Shown: positions 1 through 10,956 of the stretch, in pieces
Position numbering within the stretch: position 1 is the stretch's first letter
Layout of the letters: the number at the start of each line of letters is the position of its first letter
Assembly (NCBI GenBank): GCA_051859245.1
Contig: JBHYGA010000004.1
Span: forward strand, 320,001-384,000
DNA: 64,000 bases
Direction of reading: 5' to 3'
Origin: Gemmatimonadaceae bacterium
Lineage (GTDB): Bacteria; Gemmatimonadota; Gemmatimonadetes; Gemmatimonadales; Gemmatimonadaceae
Notes under the pieces: generated by a model
What the model saw: the letters and a program-made list of their open reading frames with translations, nothing else
Databases searched by the model: none
What the model was told of the DNA's origin: nothing
Made by a program: the position numbers and the translations under genes

Positions 1-2303
1 GAATAGTCCGCGGCCAGCAGTTTGCATCCCTCGCGCGGCACGAAGCCTCGGCGAATGTCGCGACCGAGTTCACGCCGAATCGGAATGTTCTGCAGGTTGG
101 GATCACTCGACGACAGTCGGCCGGTTGCCGCGACCGTTTGGTTGTACGACGTGTGCAATCGCTGATCACGCGGATGCACCAGCTTGGGCAGTGTATCGAT
201 GTACGTGCCTTCCAGCTTGAACAGCTCGCGGTATTCCATGAGCAGCGTCGGCAACGTGTGCCCCTCCTCTGCCAGCTCCTGCAACACACTCGCATCGGTA
301 CTCGGGCCAGTGACCGTTTTTTTCTTGACGGGCAAACCGAGTTTTTCAAAGAGAATCGTGCGCAGCTGCGGGTTGGAGTTGATGTTGAACGTCTCACCCG
401 CCGCTTCGTAGATCTCCTGCTCCACCCGCTCACGCTCGCGCTGAAAGCGAGTTTTGAGCGACGCGAACCAGCTCAGATCAATCGCGATACCTTCCCACTC
501 CATATCGGCCAGCACGCGCACGAGCGGCATCTCGATCTCGTCGAACAACGTCTGCATGCCCAGATCGGCGAGATTGGGCTGCAAGATGTTGTACAAACGC
601 CACGTCACATCGACATCTTCGCACGAGTAATCGCGCGCGCTGTCCACCGGCACCACGTCCATGGTGAGTTGGTGACGCCCTTTGCCGCACAGCTGTTCGT
701 ACGACGTCATCGTATGACCCAGATGTTCGAACGCCAGCTGATCCAGTCCGTGTGAACGACGACTCGGATCGAGGATGTAGCTGATCAGCATCGTGTCCGC
801 ATCAAGCCCTTCCAGTGCCACACCGCTGCTGCGCAACACCAGCAGATCATACTTCGCGTTCTGCGCCAACTTCCGAACCGTCGGATCGGCAAGCAACGCG
901 CGCAGCGGCGCCATCTCGTGGCTAGTCATCGCGGGCAAGTTTACCGGCGCACTGCCAGCCTTCGACAAACGTGCGCCCGCAATACCGGCGTCACCCGAAA
1001 GCAGTGACAGATTGCCGGCGCCGTCGTACGGTTGATGTGCGAACGGCAAATAGTACGCTTCACCGGGCGCGACCGCGATCGACAAACCCACCAACCGACA
1101 GCGCAGCGGATCCACCGCAATCGGTGCGTCAGCGTCGCGCACCGTTTCCGTATCAAACGCAATGCGTCCACTCGCGCGGGCGCGCGCGATCACATGCGCG
1201 ACACCATCGAGCGTATCGACCAGCGTGTACGTGGAGTCGGTGCGCACCGGTACACCAGACTCGCCGGTGTACATGGTGACAACCGGCGTTGCGGACGCGG
1301 CATCTGCAACGATTGCAGTACTCGTCGCACCTTCAGTGAACGGCGCCGCCGCTGCGTTATCAGACGGCGCCGTTTGCACAACACCAGGCGTTGGCAAATC
1401 GCGCAACAACGAGTTGAACTCCAGCTCCTGGTATAACAACCGCAGCGCATCGAGATTGGGCGAACTGACCGCCAGTCGCGACGGCTCAAACTGAACCGGT
1501 ACGTCGGTGCGGATCGTGACGAGTGTCTTGGACAAACGCGCGTTGTCGGCCTGCGTCTGCAACGCTTCGCGCGGACGCTTCTTGGTGATCTCGTCGACAT
1601 GCGCCAGAATACTCTCGAGCGCGCCGTACGCTTCGATCAGCTCGATCGCACCTTTCTCACCAATACCCTTGACACCCGGCACGTTGTCCGACGAGTCACC
1701 AACAAGCGCGAGATAGTCCACCACGCGTTCGGGCGGCACACCAAGCCGCTCGCTCGCGTTCTCCATGCCAACCCACTGCTCGTCAACCGCAGCGGGTCCG
1801 CCGCGTCCGGGATTGAGCAACCACACATGCGGTTGCAGCAGCTGATAAAAATCTTTGTCGCCTGAGACGATCACCACATCAAAACCGGCCTCGACGCCTT
1901 GACGCGCCAGTGTACCGATCACGTCATCGGCTTCGTATCCCTCGACAGCCAGCACCGGCACATCGTACGCGCGCAGCAGCTGCCGCACACGTTCAATGCC
2001 AGTGTCAAAATCCGCTTGCAGATCATCGGCCAGCTTTTCGCGCGTGGCTTTGTACTCGGGATACAACTCGTCGCGAAATGACGCACCTGCATCGTGCACC
2101 CACGCAAGATTCTCCGGCTTGTGCGTCACCAGCAAGCGCTTGAGAAAATTGGCAATGCCCCACGCAATCGAGGTGTTCTCACCACGACGCGTCACCAGTG
2201 GGCGATTGATCAGCGCGAAAAACGCGCGATAGATAAGTGCGTAGCCGTCCACCAGAAACAGACGTGGCGCAGACGGCAGGGTGACCTTTGTGTTGTCGGG
2301 CAC
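1..2303 (-). CDS. polA: DNA polymerase I (3' end runs off the window)
   Basis: Manual translation from GTG at 2303: LFLVDGYALIYRAFFA (5'-3' exonuclease), FDTET / NAKYD / YSCED (3'-5' exo motifs), TGRLSSSDPNLQNIP and LLAADYS (motif A) at the window edge. Absent from the ORF track because the stop is outside the window. Confidence 0.97.
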   Translation of the reverse strand, partial: MPDNTKVTLPSAPRLFLVDGYALIYRAFFALINRPLVTRRGENTSIAWGIANFLKRLLVTHKPENLAWVHDAGASFRDELYPEYKATREKLADDLQADFDTGIERVRQLLRAYDVPVLAVEGYEADDVIGTLARQGVEAGFDVVIVSGDKDFYQLLQPHVWLLNPGRGGPAAVDEQWVGMENASERLGVPPERVVDYLALVGDSSDNVPGVKGIGEKGAIELIEAYGALESILAHVDEITKKRPREALQTQADNARLSKTLVTIRTDVPVQFEPSRLAVSSPNLDALRLLYQELEFNSLLRDLPTPGVVQTAPSDNAAAAPFTEGATSTAIVADAASATPVVTMYTGESGVPVRTDSTYTLVDTLDGVAHVIARARASGRIAFDTETVRDADAPIAVDPLRCRLVGLSIAVAPGEAYYLPFAHQPYDGAGNLSLLSGDAGIAGARLSKAGSAPVNLPAMTSHEMAPLRALLADPTVRKLAQNAKYDLLVLRSSGVALEGLDADTMLISYILDPSRRSHGLDQLAFEHLGHTMTSYEQLCGKGRHQLTMDVVPVDSARDYSCEDVDVTWRLYNILQPNLADLGMQTLFDEIEMPLVRVLADMEWEGIAIDLSWFASLKTRFQRERERVEQEIYEAAGETFNINSNPQLRTILFEKLGLPVKKKTVTGPSTDASVLQELAEEGHTLPTLLMEYRELFKLEGTYIDTLPKLVHPRDQRLHTSYNQTVAATGRLSSSDPNLQNIPIRRELGRDIRRGFVPREGCKLLAADY

Positions 2304-2325
2304 GACAGGATGGAGCGAGCAGGAA

Positions 2326-3729
2326 TCAGGGCATCTCGGCCAGACGGCGCCGGATCGTGGCGGCCAGTTCTACGGACGCACTCGGCGACAAACGCCACCG
2401 TCCGAGACCAGTCTGGTCGAAGAATACCAGCTGGAGACGCCATTGGCGGTATTCCCACACCTGCTGCCGATTTCGCTGCGTGAGGTCGTTCGTTTGCGGA
2501 TCGAAAATATTGTCCGGATCACCCAACCCTACAAACGCCATGCCGCGGTCTGACAGCCAACCGACCGGGCCGTCATCGCGGAATCGCTGGTTGGCGAGGC
2601 GGATGCGGGCAAAATACGCGCTCAGCCCTTCGTGCTCCGATGTGCCACTGACCGGGTCGGTCGACTTGAGAAACTCTTTCCACGCCTGCGCGCGCTCGGC
2701 ACCGGTTGTCTTGGACAACTGCTCGAGCTTGTAGTCCGGGGCGAAGAAACGCAGGTACCTGATCATTTCGTCGAAGCCGGTTACTGGCAGATCGTCGCCA
2801 AGCGTGACGAGCAGCTTGGTGCGCGCCGTATCCGGTTGATCAGCCTGCGAAACCTGCAGCGTCACCACACCCACGCCAATGCTCGCGGCCGGCACCAGTA
2901 TGGTACCGCTCACCAGATCGCCCCCGCGGCCCAGCAACACGGTGGAATCAAGCCACAGCCGGGCGCCCCCTTCTCCGGTTACTTCGGTGCGCACACGCGT
3001 CGCGGTGCGGGTGCCGGCCACCTCGAGATAGACCGGAACCAGCGAGTCCACACCAAAGGTGACCGTAGCGCGCGGACGGGCCAGCAGTCGCGGCAAGGAG
3101 TCCTGCGACGAGCGGGCGATGACCTCGTACACCGGCACCGGCGACGCTAATCGACCGGCGTTAAAGCGCGGCACTTCAAGGGAGACTTCCTCGGCGCTTG
3201 AACGAGGGCTGCCATCATCGCGCAAGCCCACATTGAGCGTGTACGTGCCTGGCGCCATGCGAATGTACTGTTGCCAGATCACGCTCTCGTCGGTGCGCGA
3301 CGTTTCGCGAAAGGTGGCCACACGAACCGTTTCTTTTGCCTCGAGCTGGCGGACCAGATTCGGGCCGTTCCGGGCCTCGAGTCGGACCGTGTAGTTGCCG
3401 GCGTACTGCTCACCCTCGCGCGCAAACGCGACCAGGCGCGGCGAGAACGACAGTGAGACCATGACCAGCGTGCTGTCCGGCGATCGGTCAGGCAAAAACG
3501 CCACCCGCCCCACAAACGGGATGGCACCCCGAGCGGCAATCAGCCCCATCCCCTTGTACAGCTCGGCCACATTGACCGGTGTCAGCGTGAGCGCGTCTTC
3601 CGCTCGCGGTGCCGAAGCCGGCGCCGGCCGACCATCACTTCCCACCTGCTGTCGACTGGCGCAGGCCGAGGTCAGCGTCAGAACGCCGAGAAGGAGAGAA
3701 TGCGCGAGGACGCGTCGCTGGACAGGCAT
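2326..3729 (-). CDS. GWxTD domain-containing lipoprotein
   Basis: C-terminal ANQRF...GWLSDRG...GDPD...QVWEY signature; N-terminal hydrophobic stretch ending TSAC. Start at ATG 3729 is inferred (ORF is open to 3783). Confidence 0.85.
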   Translation of the reverse strand: MPVQRRVLAHSLLLGVLTLTSACASRQQVGSDGRPAPASAPRAEDALTLTPVNVAELYKGMGLIAARGAIPFVGRVAFLPDRSPDSTLVMVSLSFSPRLVAFAREGEQYAGNYTVRLEARNGPNLVRQLEAKETVRVATFRETSRTDESVIWQQYIRMAPGTYTLNVGLRDDGSPRSSAEEVSLEVPRFNAGRLASPVPVYEVIARSSQDSLPRLLARPRATVTFGVDSLVPVYLEVAGTRTATRVRTEVTGEGGARLWLDSTVLLGRGGDLVSGTILVPAASIGVGVVTLQVSQADQPDTARTKLLVTLGDDLPVTGFDEMIRYLRFFAPDYKLEQLSKTTGAERAQAWKEFLKSTDPVSGTSEHEGLSAYFARIRLANQRFRDDGPVGWLSDRGMAFVGLGDPDNIFDPQTNDLTQRNRQQVWEYRQWRLQLVFFDQTGLGRWRLSPSASVELAATIRRRLAEMP

Positions 3730-3844
3730 GCAGCCGGACACCGGTGAAAAGAGAGTGTCTGTCGGTAACCGGCGACGCGACACGGATCAGAATCGGATGT
3801 TGAGGGGACAGACGTCTTAATGTTACCGCTGCCAACAGCAATCT

Positions 3845-4891
3845 GTGCCACAAAATGTGCAGGAATCGCAGCTTTGGCTTGCTGGACAGCGCAGCGCGAG
3901 TTACGTTCGGCCCGTGTCCATAGAGTCATTGGTTGGTCAAACGCTCGCCGGCTATACGCTGCGCGCCAAAGTCGGCGAAGGTGGCACCTCGACGGTGTAC
4001 CGCGCTGAACATCCGCAGCACGGTACGGTGGCAGTGAAAGTGCTGCGCGAAAAACTGCGGCACGACAAAACAGCCGTACAGCGCTTTCTTCGCGAAGCGC
4101 AGTTTGGCAAGCGCGTTGAGCATCCGAACATCGTACGCACGATTGATTTCGGACAGGCGGAGAACGAGCGCTACTACCTCGCCATCGATTGGGCGGCGGG
4201 TGAGTTGCTCGAAAAGTACGCCGAAAAGAACGGTCCCCTGCCGAGCGCGGAAGTGGCCGAGATTATCCGGCAGTTGTGTGCCGCCGTGCAGGCCGCGCAC
4301 GACGCGGGCATTGTGCATCGCGATCTCAAGCCCGAGAACGTGATGTATGACCCCACGTCACATCACGTCATGCTGCTCGATTTCGGCATCGCGGCCGACA
4401 CCGACGCGTCGCCCGACCAGCGCCTCACGCGCGCCGGATTTTTCGTAGGCACGCTCATGTACGTGGCGCCGGAAGCGCTGTCGGGCGAACTCGTTGGTCC
4501 CGCCGCCGATCAGTACTCGCTGGCGACCATCGCGTATTTCCTGCTCACCGGCGCGCTGCCCTACGTGGGCAAAACGCCGCGTGAACTGTTCTCGCAGCTG
4601 CTCACACAGCCACCCACAGCGTTGAGCAGTGCCAAACCAGGGCTGCAGTTTCCGCAGACGGTGGAAACGGTGGTCATGAAGGCGTTGGCCAAGGCGCCCA
4701 AGGACCGCTATCCGGGCGTCACGCAGTTCGCGGCCGCACTTGCCGATGCCGTCGCCAATCCCGGCGCGATGGTCGCGGCCCCGGCACCTGCCACGCCAAC
4801 GCCCAGCGCGGCCCCGGTGGCCGCGCCGCCTGGAGACGACGAAAAATCAGGTGGCCTGTTCGGCAAGATGAAAGGGCTGTTCAAACGCTGA
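3845..4891 (+). CDS. Hanks-type Ser/Thr protein kinase, cytoplasmic
   Basis: GEGGTSTVY, VAVK, HRDLKPEN, DFG and APE motifs; no TM segment; Ala/Pro tail. True start may be GTG 3914. Confidence 0.93.
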   Translation: MPQNVQESQLWLAGQRSASYVRPVSIESLVGQTLAGYTLRAKVGEGGTSTVYRAEHPQHGTVAVKVLREKLRHDKTAVQRFLREAQFGKRVEHPNIVRTIDFGQAENERYYLAIDWAAGELLEKYAEKNGPLPSAEVAEIIRQLCAAVQAAHDAGIVHRDLKPENVMYDPTSHHVMLLDFGIAADTDASPDQRLTRAGFFVGTLMYVAPEALSGELVGPAADQYSLATIAYFLLTGALPYVGKTPRELFSQLLTQPPTALSSAKPGLQFPQTVETVVMKALAKAPKDRYPGVTQFAAALADAVANPGAMVAAPAPATPTPSAAPVAAPPGDDEKSGGLFGKMKGLFKR

Positions 4892-5481
4892 TGACGGTGG
4901 CTGACCTGTCTCTCGCTCGCGAACAACTGCTTCAGCTGCTGGCCGACCGTTCTGCAAAAACTGGCGATTTCGTGCTGGCCTCCGGCCGCCGAAGCACGTT
5001 GTACGTAGACTGCCGCCTGACCACGATGAGCCCCGAAGGCCAGCGACTGCTCGGGGTGCTGGGGCTGGCATTGCTGCGCGACGCCGGATGGGTTGCCGAC
5101 GCAGTCGGTGGGCTCACACTAGGCGCCGACCCGATCGCCTACGCCATGGCGCACGCCAGTTCGTTCGCCAATGAACGAGGTGAGGGGCCATTGGTTCGCG
5201 CCTTTACGGTGCGGAAACAGCCCAAGCAACACGGCACAGGCAAACGCGTAGAAGGCCCGTTCGTGGCCGGCGACCACGTGGTGGTGGTGGAAGACGTGAT
5301 CACCACTGGTGGCTCGGCGCTGACTGCGGTGGAAGCCGTGCGCGCGGAGGGCGGTGTGGTGCTGGGTGTGCTGGCCGTGGTCGACCGCGAAGAGGGTGGT
5401 CGAGAGGCGCTGGAGGCCGCGGGGCTTCAGGTCCGCAGCCTGGCCACGGCTTCTGAGCTGGTGGCGCGACTGGCCCGATAG
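4891..5481 (+). CDS. pyrE: orotate phosphoribosyltransferase
   Basis: GDFVLASGRRSTLYVD, RKQPKQHG and the PRPP-binding motif VVVEDVITTGGS. Confidence 0.96.
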   Translation: MTVADLSLAREQLLQLLADRSAKTGDFVLASGRRSTLYVDCRLTTMSPEGQRLLGVLGLALLRDAGWVADAVGGLTLGADPIAYAMAHASSFANERGEGPLVRAFTVRKQPKQHGTGKRVEGPFVAGDHVVVVEDVITTGGSALTAVEAVRAEGGVVLGVLAVVDREEGGREALEAAGLQVRSLATASELVARLAR

Positions 5482-5552
5482 TCGTCATTCCGGGAACGCC
5501 GGCGCGTCACCGTGAGTGCTCACCGTGACACGCGGCCACAGCCTGGATTGCC

Positions 5553-7289
5553 GTGACCACCCCTTCAGTCCTTCCGTTTTCCGCGACGGCCGCCGCGCTC
5601 GCCCTCGATGAAGAGCGCGCGAAAGATCTGAACACATTCCGCGTGGCCGAACGCCGGCGCACCTGGAGCACGATTCTTGTGGCCACGATGCTCATCGTTG
5701 GCGTGCAAGTCGGGCTCGTGGACGTGCCAGTGTGGATCATGATCGTGGCGTTTGTGGTGTCGGTGTCATGCAACTGGGGCTTGAGCGCCTTTGCGCTCAA
5801 CGAACAACGCTATCGCTGGTGGTTCCGCTATCTGTTCGCCGCGTTCGACACGATGCTGATCAGTTTGCTCGTCACCATTTTTGGCGCGCCAGTGCTCGCC
5901 ATTTTGTATTTGCTGGCGATCGTGCCGTACTCGTTTGATCGCGGGCGGGCGCTCGGATTTGTGGTTCTGGCCTGCTCCGAAGTGGGCTTCATTGCCGGCA
6001 GTATTTTGCACGCGCAGCTGTTTCCGGAGAGTGCCCCGCCCGTTGCGCAGGTGGCGTTGGCCGCGATTCTGCTCGGTGTTGTGTCCCAACAGATCGTGCC
6101 CATTCCCACCAAACTCATTCGTCGATTGCGCCGCACACGTGAGCGCATGTTCATGGTGGAATCGGGCGACCTCACCGCGCGCGCCGACGCGCGACACACC
6201 GACGAACTCGGCTTTCTCGAGCGCAGCTACAACGCGATGCTCGATGAAGTCACGCGCCTGATCGCATCTGTGCAACAGGAAAGTGATGAACTCGCCGCCG
6301 TGGCCGCGCAGCTTGGTGGTGCGTCTACGGTGTTGCAGTCGCGGGCGCGCGACGCACATCGTGGTGTGCAGGCGTTGCAAGACGAACTCGGCGCACAGCG
6401 CGTGAGTGTGGCCGACGGCGCACGTTCCAGCCGATCGGCGCGTGAAGCCGCTGTGCTCGCCGTCGCACGGGCTGATCAAACGGCGCAGGACGCACGCGCG
6501 ATGGACGTGGCTACCGTGGCCAGTCGCAACGCGATTGAACGTGCCGCGCAAACGCTGGTGCAGGTGGGTGACGGCGTGCAGGAAGCCGCAACGCAAGTGA
6601 GTGCGCTGGTGCCCGCATCGGAACGTGTGGGTGAGTTCGTGACCACCGTTTCACGCATTGCACGTCAGACCAACCTGCTCGCATTGAACGCCGCCATTGA
6701 AGCCTCACGCGCTGGTGAACACGGGCTTGGCTTTGCGGTCGTGGCCGAAGAGATTCGCAAACTTGCCGGCGAAAGTGCGCGTGCGGCCAAGGCAATTGCG
6801 GTGACGGTGCAGGGTGTGCGCGAAGAAATTGCGAGCACGGTGGCCACCATGGACGCTACCGCGCGCGAAGTGCACGGCGTGGGCGGGATTGCCAACGAAG
6901 CCCGTGGTGCACTCGACGCGATTCTCGCCGACATTTCGCGCATTGCCACGCACGCCGACGATGCGGCGCGCCTGTCCCGAGCGCAGGCCGATGCCGCCAG
7001 CGCCGTTGACGCGGCGTTTCAGAATGTCGACGATCGTGCCGGACGCGCGGTGGCCGATGCGCAGCACGCCACCGCCGCGGTTGTGGCGCAAGGCGGCGCA
7101 CTGGATGATCTCGCACGAAGCGCGGCGACACTTACCGAAACCGCCAATCGTTTGCGTCACGCCGTGGCGCGTGTGTCGAGTGGGGCGTCGAGTAGCAAAA
7201 CGAGTTCGATCAATACCGCTGCAGACACCGCGTCGCGCACACGCGCGGCTACCGCACAACCGACGAGTCGCCGACCGGTTGCGGCGTAA
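5553..7289 (+). CDS. methyl-accepting chemotaxis protein (multi-TM N-terminus, HAMP, signalling domain)
   Basis: [34 protein letters not shown] hairpin tip; HAMP GDLT...DELG. Confidence 0.93.
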   Translation: MTTPSVLPFSATAAALALDEERAKDLNTFRVAERRRTWSTILVATMLIVGVQVGLVDVPVWIMIVAFVVSVSCNWGLSAFALNEQRYRWWFRYLFAAFDTMLISLLVTIFGAPVLAILYLLAIVPYSFDRGRALGFVVLACSEVGFIAGSILHAQLFPESAPPVAQVALAAILLGVVSQQIVPIPTKLIRRLRRTRERMFMVESGDLTARADARHTDELGFLERSYNAMLDEVTRLIASVQQESDELAAVAAQLGGASTVLQSRARDAHRGVQALQDELGAQRVSVADGARSSRSAREAAVLAVARADQTAQDARAMDVATVASRNAIERAAQTLVQVGDGVQEAATQVSALVPASERVGEFVTTVSRIARQTNLLALNAAIEASRAGEHGLGFAVVAEEIRKLAGESARAAKAIAVTVQGVREEIASTVATMDATAREVHGVGGIANEARGALDAILADISRIATHADDAARLSRAQADAASAVDAAFQNVDDRAGRAVADAQHATAAVVAQGGALDDLARSAATLTETANRLRHAVARVSSGASSSKTSSINTAADTASRTRAATAQPTSRRPVAA

Positions 7290-8289
7290 CTTGCGGCGTC
7301 GATTGCATTGTTGGTTGTAGCGCCGGTTCCACTACGCGCGACCAGATGGGTAGCACAATCAGTGGGTGAAAGTGTTGCAGTACGTCAAGGTGTGGGACAA
7401 TCAGATCGTGGACAAAACGCGCCAGCATGCGCTCCCCGGTAAACTCGCGCCGAAACTGCACGGCCGTCACACCCAGCATGGTGTGAATGTGCCGTCCAAA
7501 ACTTTGTGGCGATGAGTACTCGAGCGTGTTTGACACCTGTGTAATGCTGAGCCCCGGGTTTTCGAACAATGCGGCCGCGCGCACCAGCCGCGCCATCGCG
7601 AGATACCGTTTGGGTGCCGGCAGTCCCGCGCGATAAAAGCGACTCATGAGTGTGCTGGCCGAAACACCGAGTCGTTTGGCCAGTTGACGCACGGTGCCAA
7701 CTTTTGCCGGCGCAATGAAGCACGCGTCGAGAAAACGGCGACAGTCTTCGGGCGCCGCCGACAGCATGTCAGTGAGTTGCATGATCGCGCGCCGTTCAAT
7801 GCTGCTGCCACGGTGTGATGTGAACAGTTGCCGCAGATCACGCCAACCCGTAGGATCGCGCACATCAACAAGCGATTGCACGCCGTATTGGCCGAGCGAC
7901 AGCACCGTGTGCGCCGACGACGCGCTGCTCTCGGACAACAGCGCAACGGCTGGCACACCGGGAAACTCGCGCACCATGCGCGCCACCGACGACGCTGCGC
8001 GTGCATTGCAGCACGCCACCGACACAATGACCGCCTGGGCCCGACATTCGCGAAGGTCTTGCAGCAGTTCGTCCATCGTGTCGCGGTGTACGGCCACATA
8101 ACAGCCTTCTCCCGCCGCATCCACCTTGGTGCGTTCATGCGGTGTGAGCATGGTGACCACCGCCGTGTCCGCTTTGCTGCGCGCCGGCGCAATGCGATGC
8201 TGCCGCGCCGGACGCAGCAGCGACGGTGGGGTGGTGTGCGATTCACGACTCGTACGGCGTGGATTGGCGTAGTGAAAATCGTCCGACAT
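7249..8289 (-). CDS. AraC-family transcriptional regulator
   Basis: C-terminal double HTH ([15 protein letters not shown]... [19 protein letters not shown]...GVTAVQFR). Confidence 0.85.
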   Translation of the reverse strand: MSDDFHYANPRRTSRESHTTPPSLLRPARQHRIAPARSKADTAVVTMLTPHERTKVDAAGEGCYVAVHRDTMDELLQDLRECRAQAVIVSVACCNARAASSVARMVREFPGVPAVALLSESSASSAHTVLSLGQYGVQSLVDVRDPTGWRDLRQLFTSHRGSSIERRAIMQLTDMLSAAPEDCRRFLDACFIAPAKVGTVRQLAKRLGVSASTLMSRFYRAGLPAPKRYLAMARLVRAAALFENPGLSITQVSNTLEYSSPQSFGRHIHTMLGVTAVQFRREFTGERMLARFVHDLIVPHLDVLQHFHPLIVLPIWSRVVEPALQPTMQSTPQVTPQPVGDSSVVR

Positions 8290-8459
8290 GATTCACTCGG
8301 CGCAGGCGTGAGGTGGCGAACGTGCGGGCCGCGCTATGCGATGCGGCAACACACGTGCAGTGGGCGTCGAATGACAGGGTACAGCGCGTCGTCACGACAC
8401 TGTCACGGGTGCGGCGCGAGTGTTGGCGCCGAGCAACTGAATATTGCAGGGGCCGGGTT

Positions 8460-8468
8460 TGTTATATT
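8460..8468 (+). promoter_or_regulatory. extended -10 promoter for rnpB
   Basis: TGtTATATT about 10 nt upstream of the RNA 5' end. Confidence 0.5.
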
Positions 8469-8477
8469 GCGACAGAC

Positions 8478-8905
8478 CAGTGGGTGGTCGTCGGCCGGAC
8501 GGTCGCGTCGGGTGTGCGCAAGCACATTCGCCGAGGAAAGTCCGGGCTCCACAGGGCAGGTTGCCAGGTAACGCCTGGGCGCACGCGGCGTGAGCTTCGT
8601 GTGACGGACAGCGCAACAGAAAGTAAACCGCCTCCGCGCAAGCGGCGGTAAGGGTGAAAGGGTGGGGTAAGAGCCCACCGCAGGCGTGGCAACACGTCTG
8701 GCACGGCAAACCCCAGCCGGAGCAAGGCCGAATAAGCGGCGAGAGACGGCCCGTCTCGACCACGGCGTGGCAACACGTCGAGCCGCGGGTAGGCTGCTGG
8801 AACGTGCGGGCGACCGTACGTCGAGAGAAATGACCGTCCGGTGTGTGGCGGGGTATCGCACCACACTGACAGAACCCGGCTTACAGGCCGGCGACTTACC
8901 CACTG
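8478..8905 (+). ncRNA. rnpB: RNase P RNA (class A)
   Basis: Conserved GAGGAAAGTCCGGGCTCC, AGGGTGAAA..GGTAAGAGCCCACC, GGCAAACCCC, and ACAGAACCCGGCTTAC; the ends (CAGTGGGTGGTCGTCGGCC / GGCCGGCGACTTACCCACTG) pair as P1. Confidence 0.97.
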
Positions 8906-8934
8906 TTTGCTGCTCTCTCGCCCGGATATGTGAA

Positions 8935-9909
8935 ATGCGTCGCGCTCTCGTTGCCATGGTCAGTCTTATGGTCAGTGTTGCGGTGCTGGGTGCGTGCGCG
9001 CGTGGTGTGACACCGCTGCCCGCACCAACGCCAGTGCCGCCGCCGGTGGTAGAACCCGTGCCGGCAGCCACGATTGCCCTGTCGCGTGTATCCATTGCCA
9101 CGCGTCATGACACCGCGCGTTACGACGTAACCAGCACCGCGCGCATCATGCGCGACAGCGGCGGACGTCCGGTCGAAGAGGAGATTGTCACGCGCGCGCA
9201 GGTGGCGTTTGCGCTGGTGCGCACTGGCAGCGCGCGTCCGGGTACCGCGCTGGATCTGCGCAGTACCGGTCGAGTAGATGGTTTTACAATCAGCGCGTCA
9301 GAGCGAGTGACCGGCGCGCGTTCCAGTGCCATGCAAGGTGCCGCACTCGGCGCGGTCACGGGTTCAACCAGTGGTGGCGTGTCACGCGCACCGCTCACGG
9401 TACCGTTTGATGCGTCGCTGAATGGTTTGAATGCGCGTGTTGCACCGCGGCCGTCGCTGGTCAACGAGTGTGACCGGCAGGAAATGAGCGCGGCTTCACT
9501 CGTGCGCGAATTATTGCTGCGATTGCCACCGGTACTTGAGGTTGGTGCGTCGTGGAGTGATACGTCGCGCGTGTTCCTGTGTCGCGGCGGTGTACCGGTC
9601 ACAGTGCAAACGGTGGCTACCGCGCACGTGCGATCACTCAATGCCACGGGCAATGGCACGCAGGCGGTTGTTGAACGCGATCTGGCAATTCGCATTGAAG
9701 GCGAACTCGCCACGGCCTGGCGCACGGTGGCCATGACCGGTCGTGGCACCGGCACACAGCGGTTTGTGATTGACGCGGAACGCGGGCGCGTGGACTCGCT
9801 GCGCAGCGAAAGTGAAACGCGCATTGAGGTGCGCGATTCGGTGCGGCCAGACGCGGGTGAGCAGTCGCTTACGCAACGTGTGGTGCTGGTGGCGGAGCGG
9901 CGGCCTTAA
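8935..9909 (+). CDS. hypothetical lipoprotein
   Basis: MRRALVAMVSLMVSVAVLGAC lipobox, Pro-rich linker, beta-rich body. The upstream ORF extension overlaps rnpB and is not real. Confidence 0.7.
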   Translation: MRRALVAMVSLMVSVAVLGACARGVTPLPAPTPVPPPVVEPVPAATIALSRVSIATRHDTARYDVTSTARIMRDSGGRPVEEEIVTRAQVAFALVRTGSARPGTALDLRSTGRVDGFTISASERVTGARSSAMQGAALGAVTGSTSGGVSRAPLTVPFDASLNGLNARVAPRPSLVNECDRQEMSAASLVRELLLRLPPVLEVGASWSDTSRVFLCRGGVPVTVQTVATAHVRSLNATGNGTQAVVERDLAIRIEGELATAWRTVAMTGRGTGTQRFVIDAERGRVDSLRSESETRIEVRDSVRPDAGEQSLTQRVVLVAERRP

Positions 9910-9938
9910 CGCGCGTCTCGAAATAATCAATTGGGCAT

Positions 9939-10502
9939 TTGCCCAATAGCGCGGCGAACTTTAGCGGGCGATGCTATGGTGATGACCGACACCAAGTGCA
10001 CCCTATTCAACTTGCCGTGGATCTGACAAACCGCAGAAAGCCGTTGCAATGGCAGCGGCTGTTTACGTGGTTTGGATATGGCGCATTATTTGGTGTACTC
10101 GTTACGGCGATCTGGCTTTCTTTGAGCGACCATGGTCATTCCGCAGCGTCCATGGGAATGCCGAACATGGTGTGGGCCACGTACGCCGCCGGTCTTTCAT
10201 TTCTTTTTTTATCACCAATCTGGCTGGGGGCGCTCGCGTTCTGGAATGTGCTCATGGTGAATGGGCTGCAGGCCATTGAGGACTCGACGCCGTTTCGACT
10301 AATCCTGCTCTGCTTGTACAGCGCCGTGCTACCCCTCCCCATTTGGTTCTGTCTTGGGATCGTTGGCGGTGTTATTGGAGCAGCCTCTCTGTTCCCGGAT
10401 CGCGTACAGTACACAGCGTACCTGTCAATCTGCTTTGCGTTCATCGTGCTGCCACGACTTGTTGTACCTGAGCTCAACAAATCGCTTGTGAGCAAATCGT
10501 GA
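9939..10502 (+). CDS. hypothetical membrane protein
   Basis: About four hydrophobic segments; start uncertain. Confidence 0.5.
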   Translation: MPNSAANFSGRCYGDDRHQVHPIQLAVDLTNRRKPLQWQRLFTWFGYGALFGVLVTAIWLSLSDHGHSAASMGMPNMVWATYAAGLSFLFLSPIWLGALAFWNVLMVNGLQAIEDSTPFRLILLCLYSAVLPLPIWFCLGIVGGVIGAASLFPDRVQYTAYLSICFAFIVLPRLVVPELNKSLVSKS

Positions 10503-10544
10503 CGGCACCGCGCGGTTTCCCTGTCGCTACGGATTGAGCAATCC

Positions 10545-10889
10545 ATGCTTCAGGTAATTCAGGCTGCGCTGGGCGTGCTCCGCCGCATTGAGTACTCGGT
10601 GTCTGAACCCGAACCAACAACCGAGACGCTGTTCTTCCTGCGTGACGTGCGCGGACTGTCCAATCGACTGGACGATTGCACGATCGACGAATGGCGCATG
10701 GGATCGGTACGCTCCGTGCTTTCGCCGCTTGATCTGCATCTGGTCGCCCGTTGTGTTGAGCACGTGCTCGAAGCGCCGGATTGGGATACCGACGCGCAAC
10801 GCGCACTTGATGCGTCACAGCTCACCGCGTTGCAATCACTGCTGCAGGAGTACATGGGCAGCAAACAGGCGGCGGTTGATTGGTGGTAG
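10545..10889 (+). CDS. hypothetical protein
   Basis: 114-aa ATG ORF with protein-like helical composition, filling the gap between neighbours. Confidence 0.5.
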   Translation: MLQVIQAALGVLRRIEYSVSEPEPTTETLFFLRDVRGLSNRLDDCTIDEWRMGSVRSVLSPLDLHLVARCVEHVLEAPDWDTDAQRALDASQLTALQSLLQEYMGSKQAAVDWW

Positions 10890-10956
10890 TATGTCAGAGG
10901 GTTCGCGATGTGAGCGGCGATAGAACCGATGTCTCGAACAAATTGTCTCAATCGAG

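Noticed and set aside
138..2300. Plus-strand ORFs in the first 2.3 kb
   Set aside because: Antisense shadows of polA in high-GC DNA.
8313..8934. Several ORFs, including the 5' extension of 8686..9909
   Set aside because: They overlap rnpB; the real lipoprotein start is ATG 8935.
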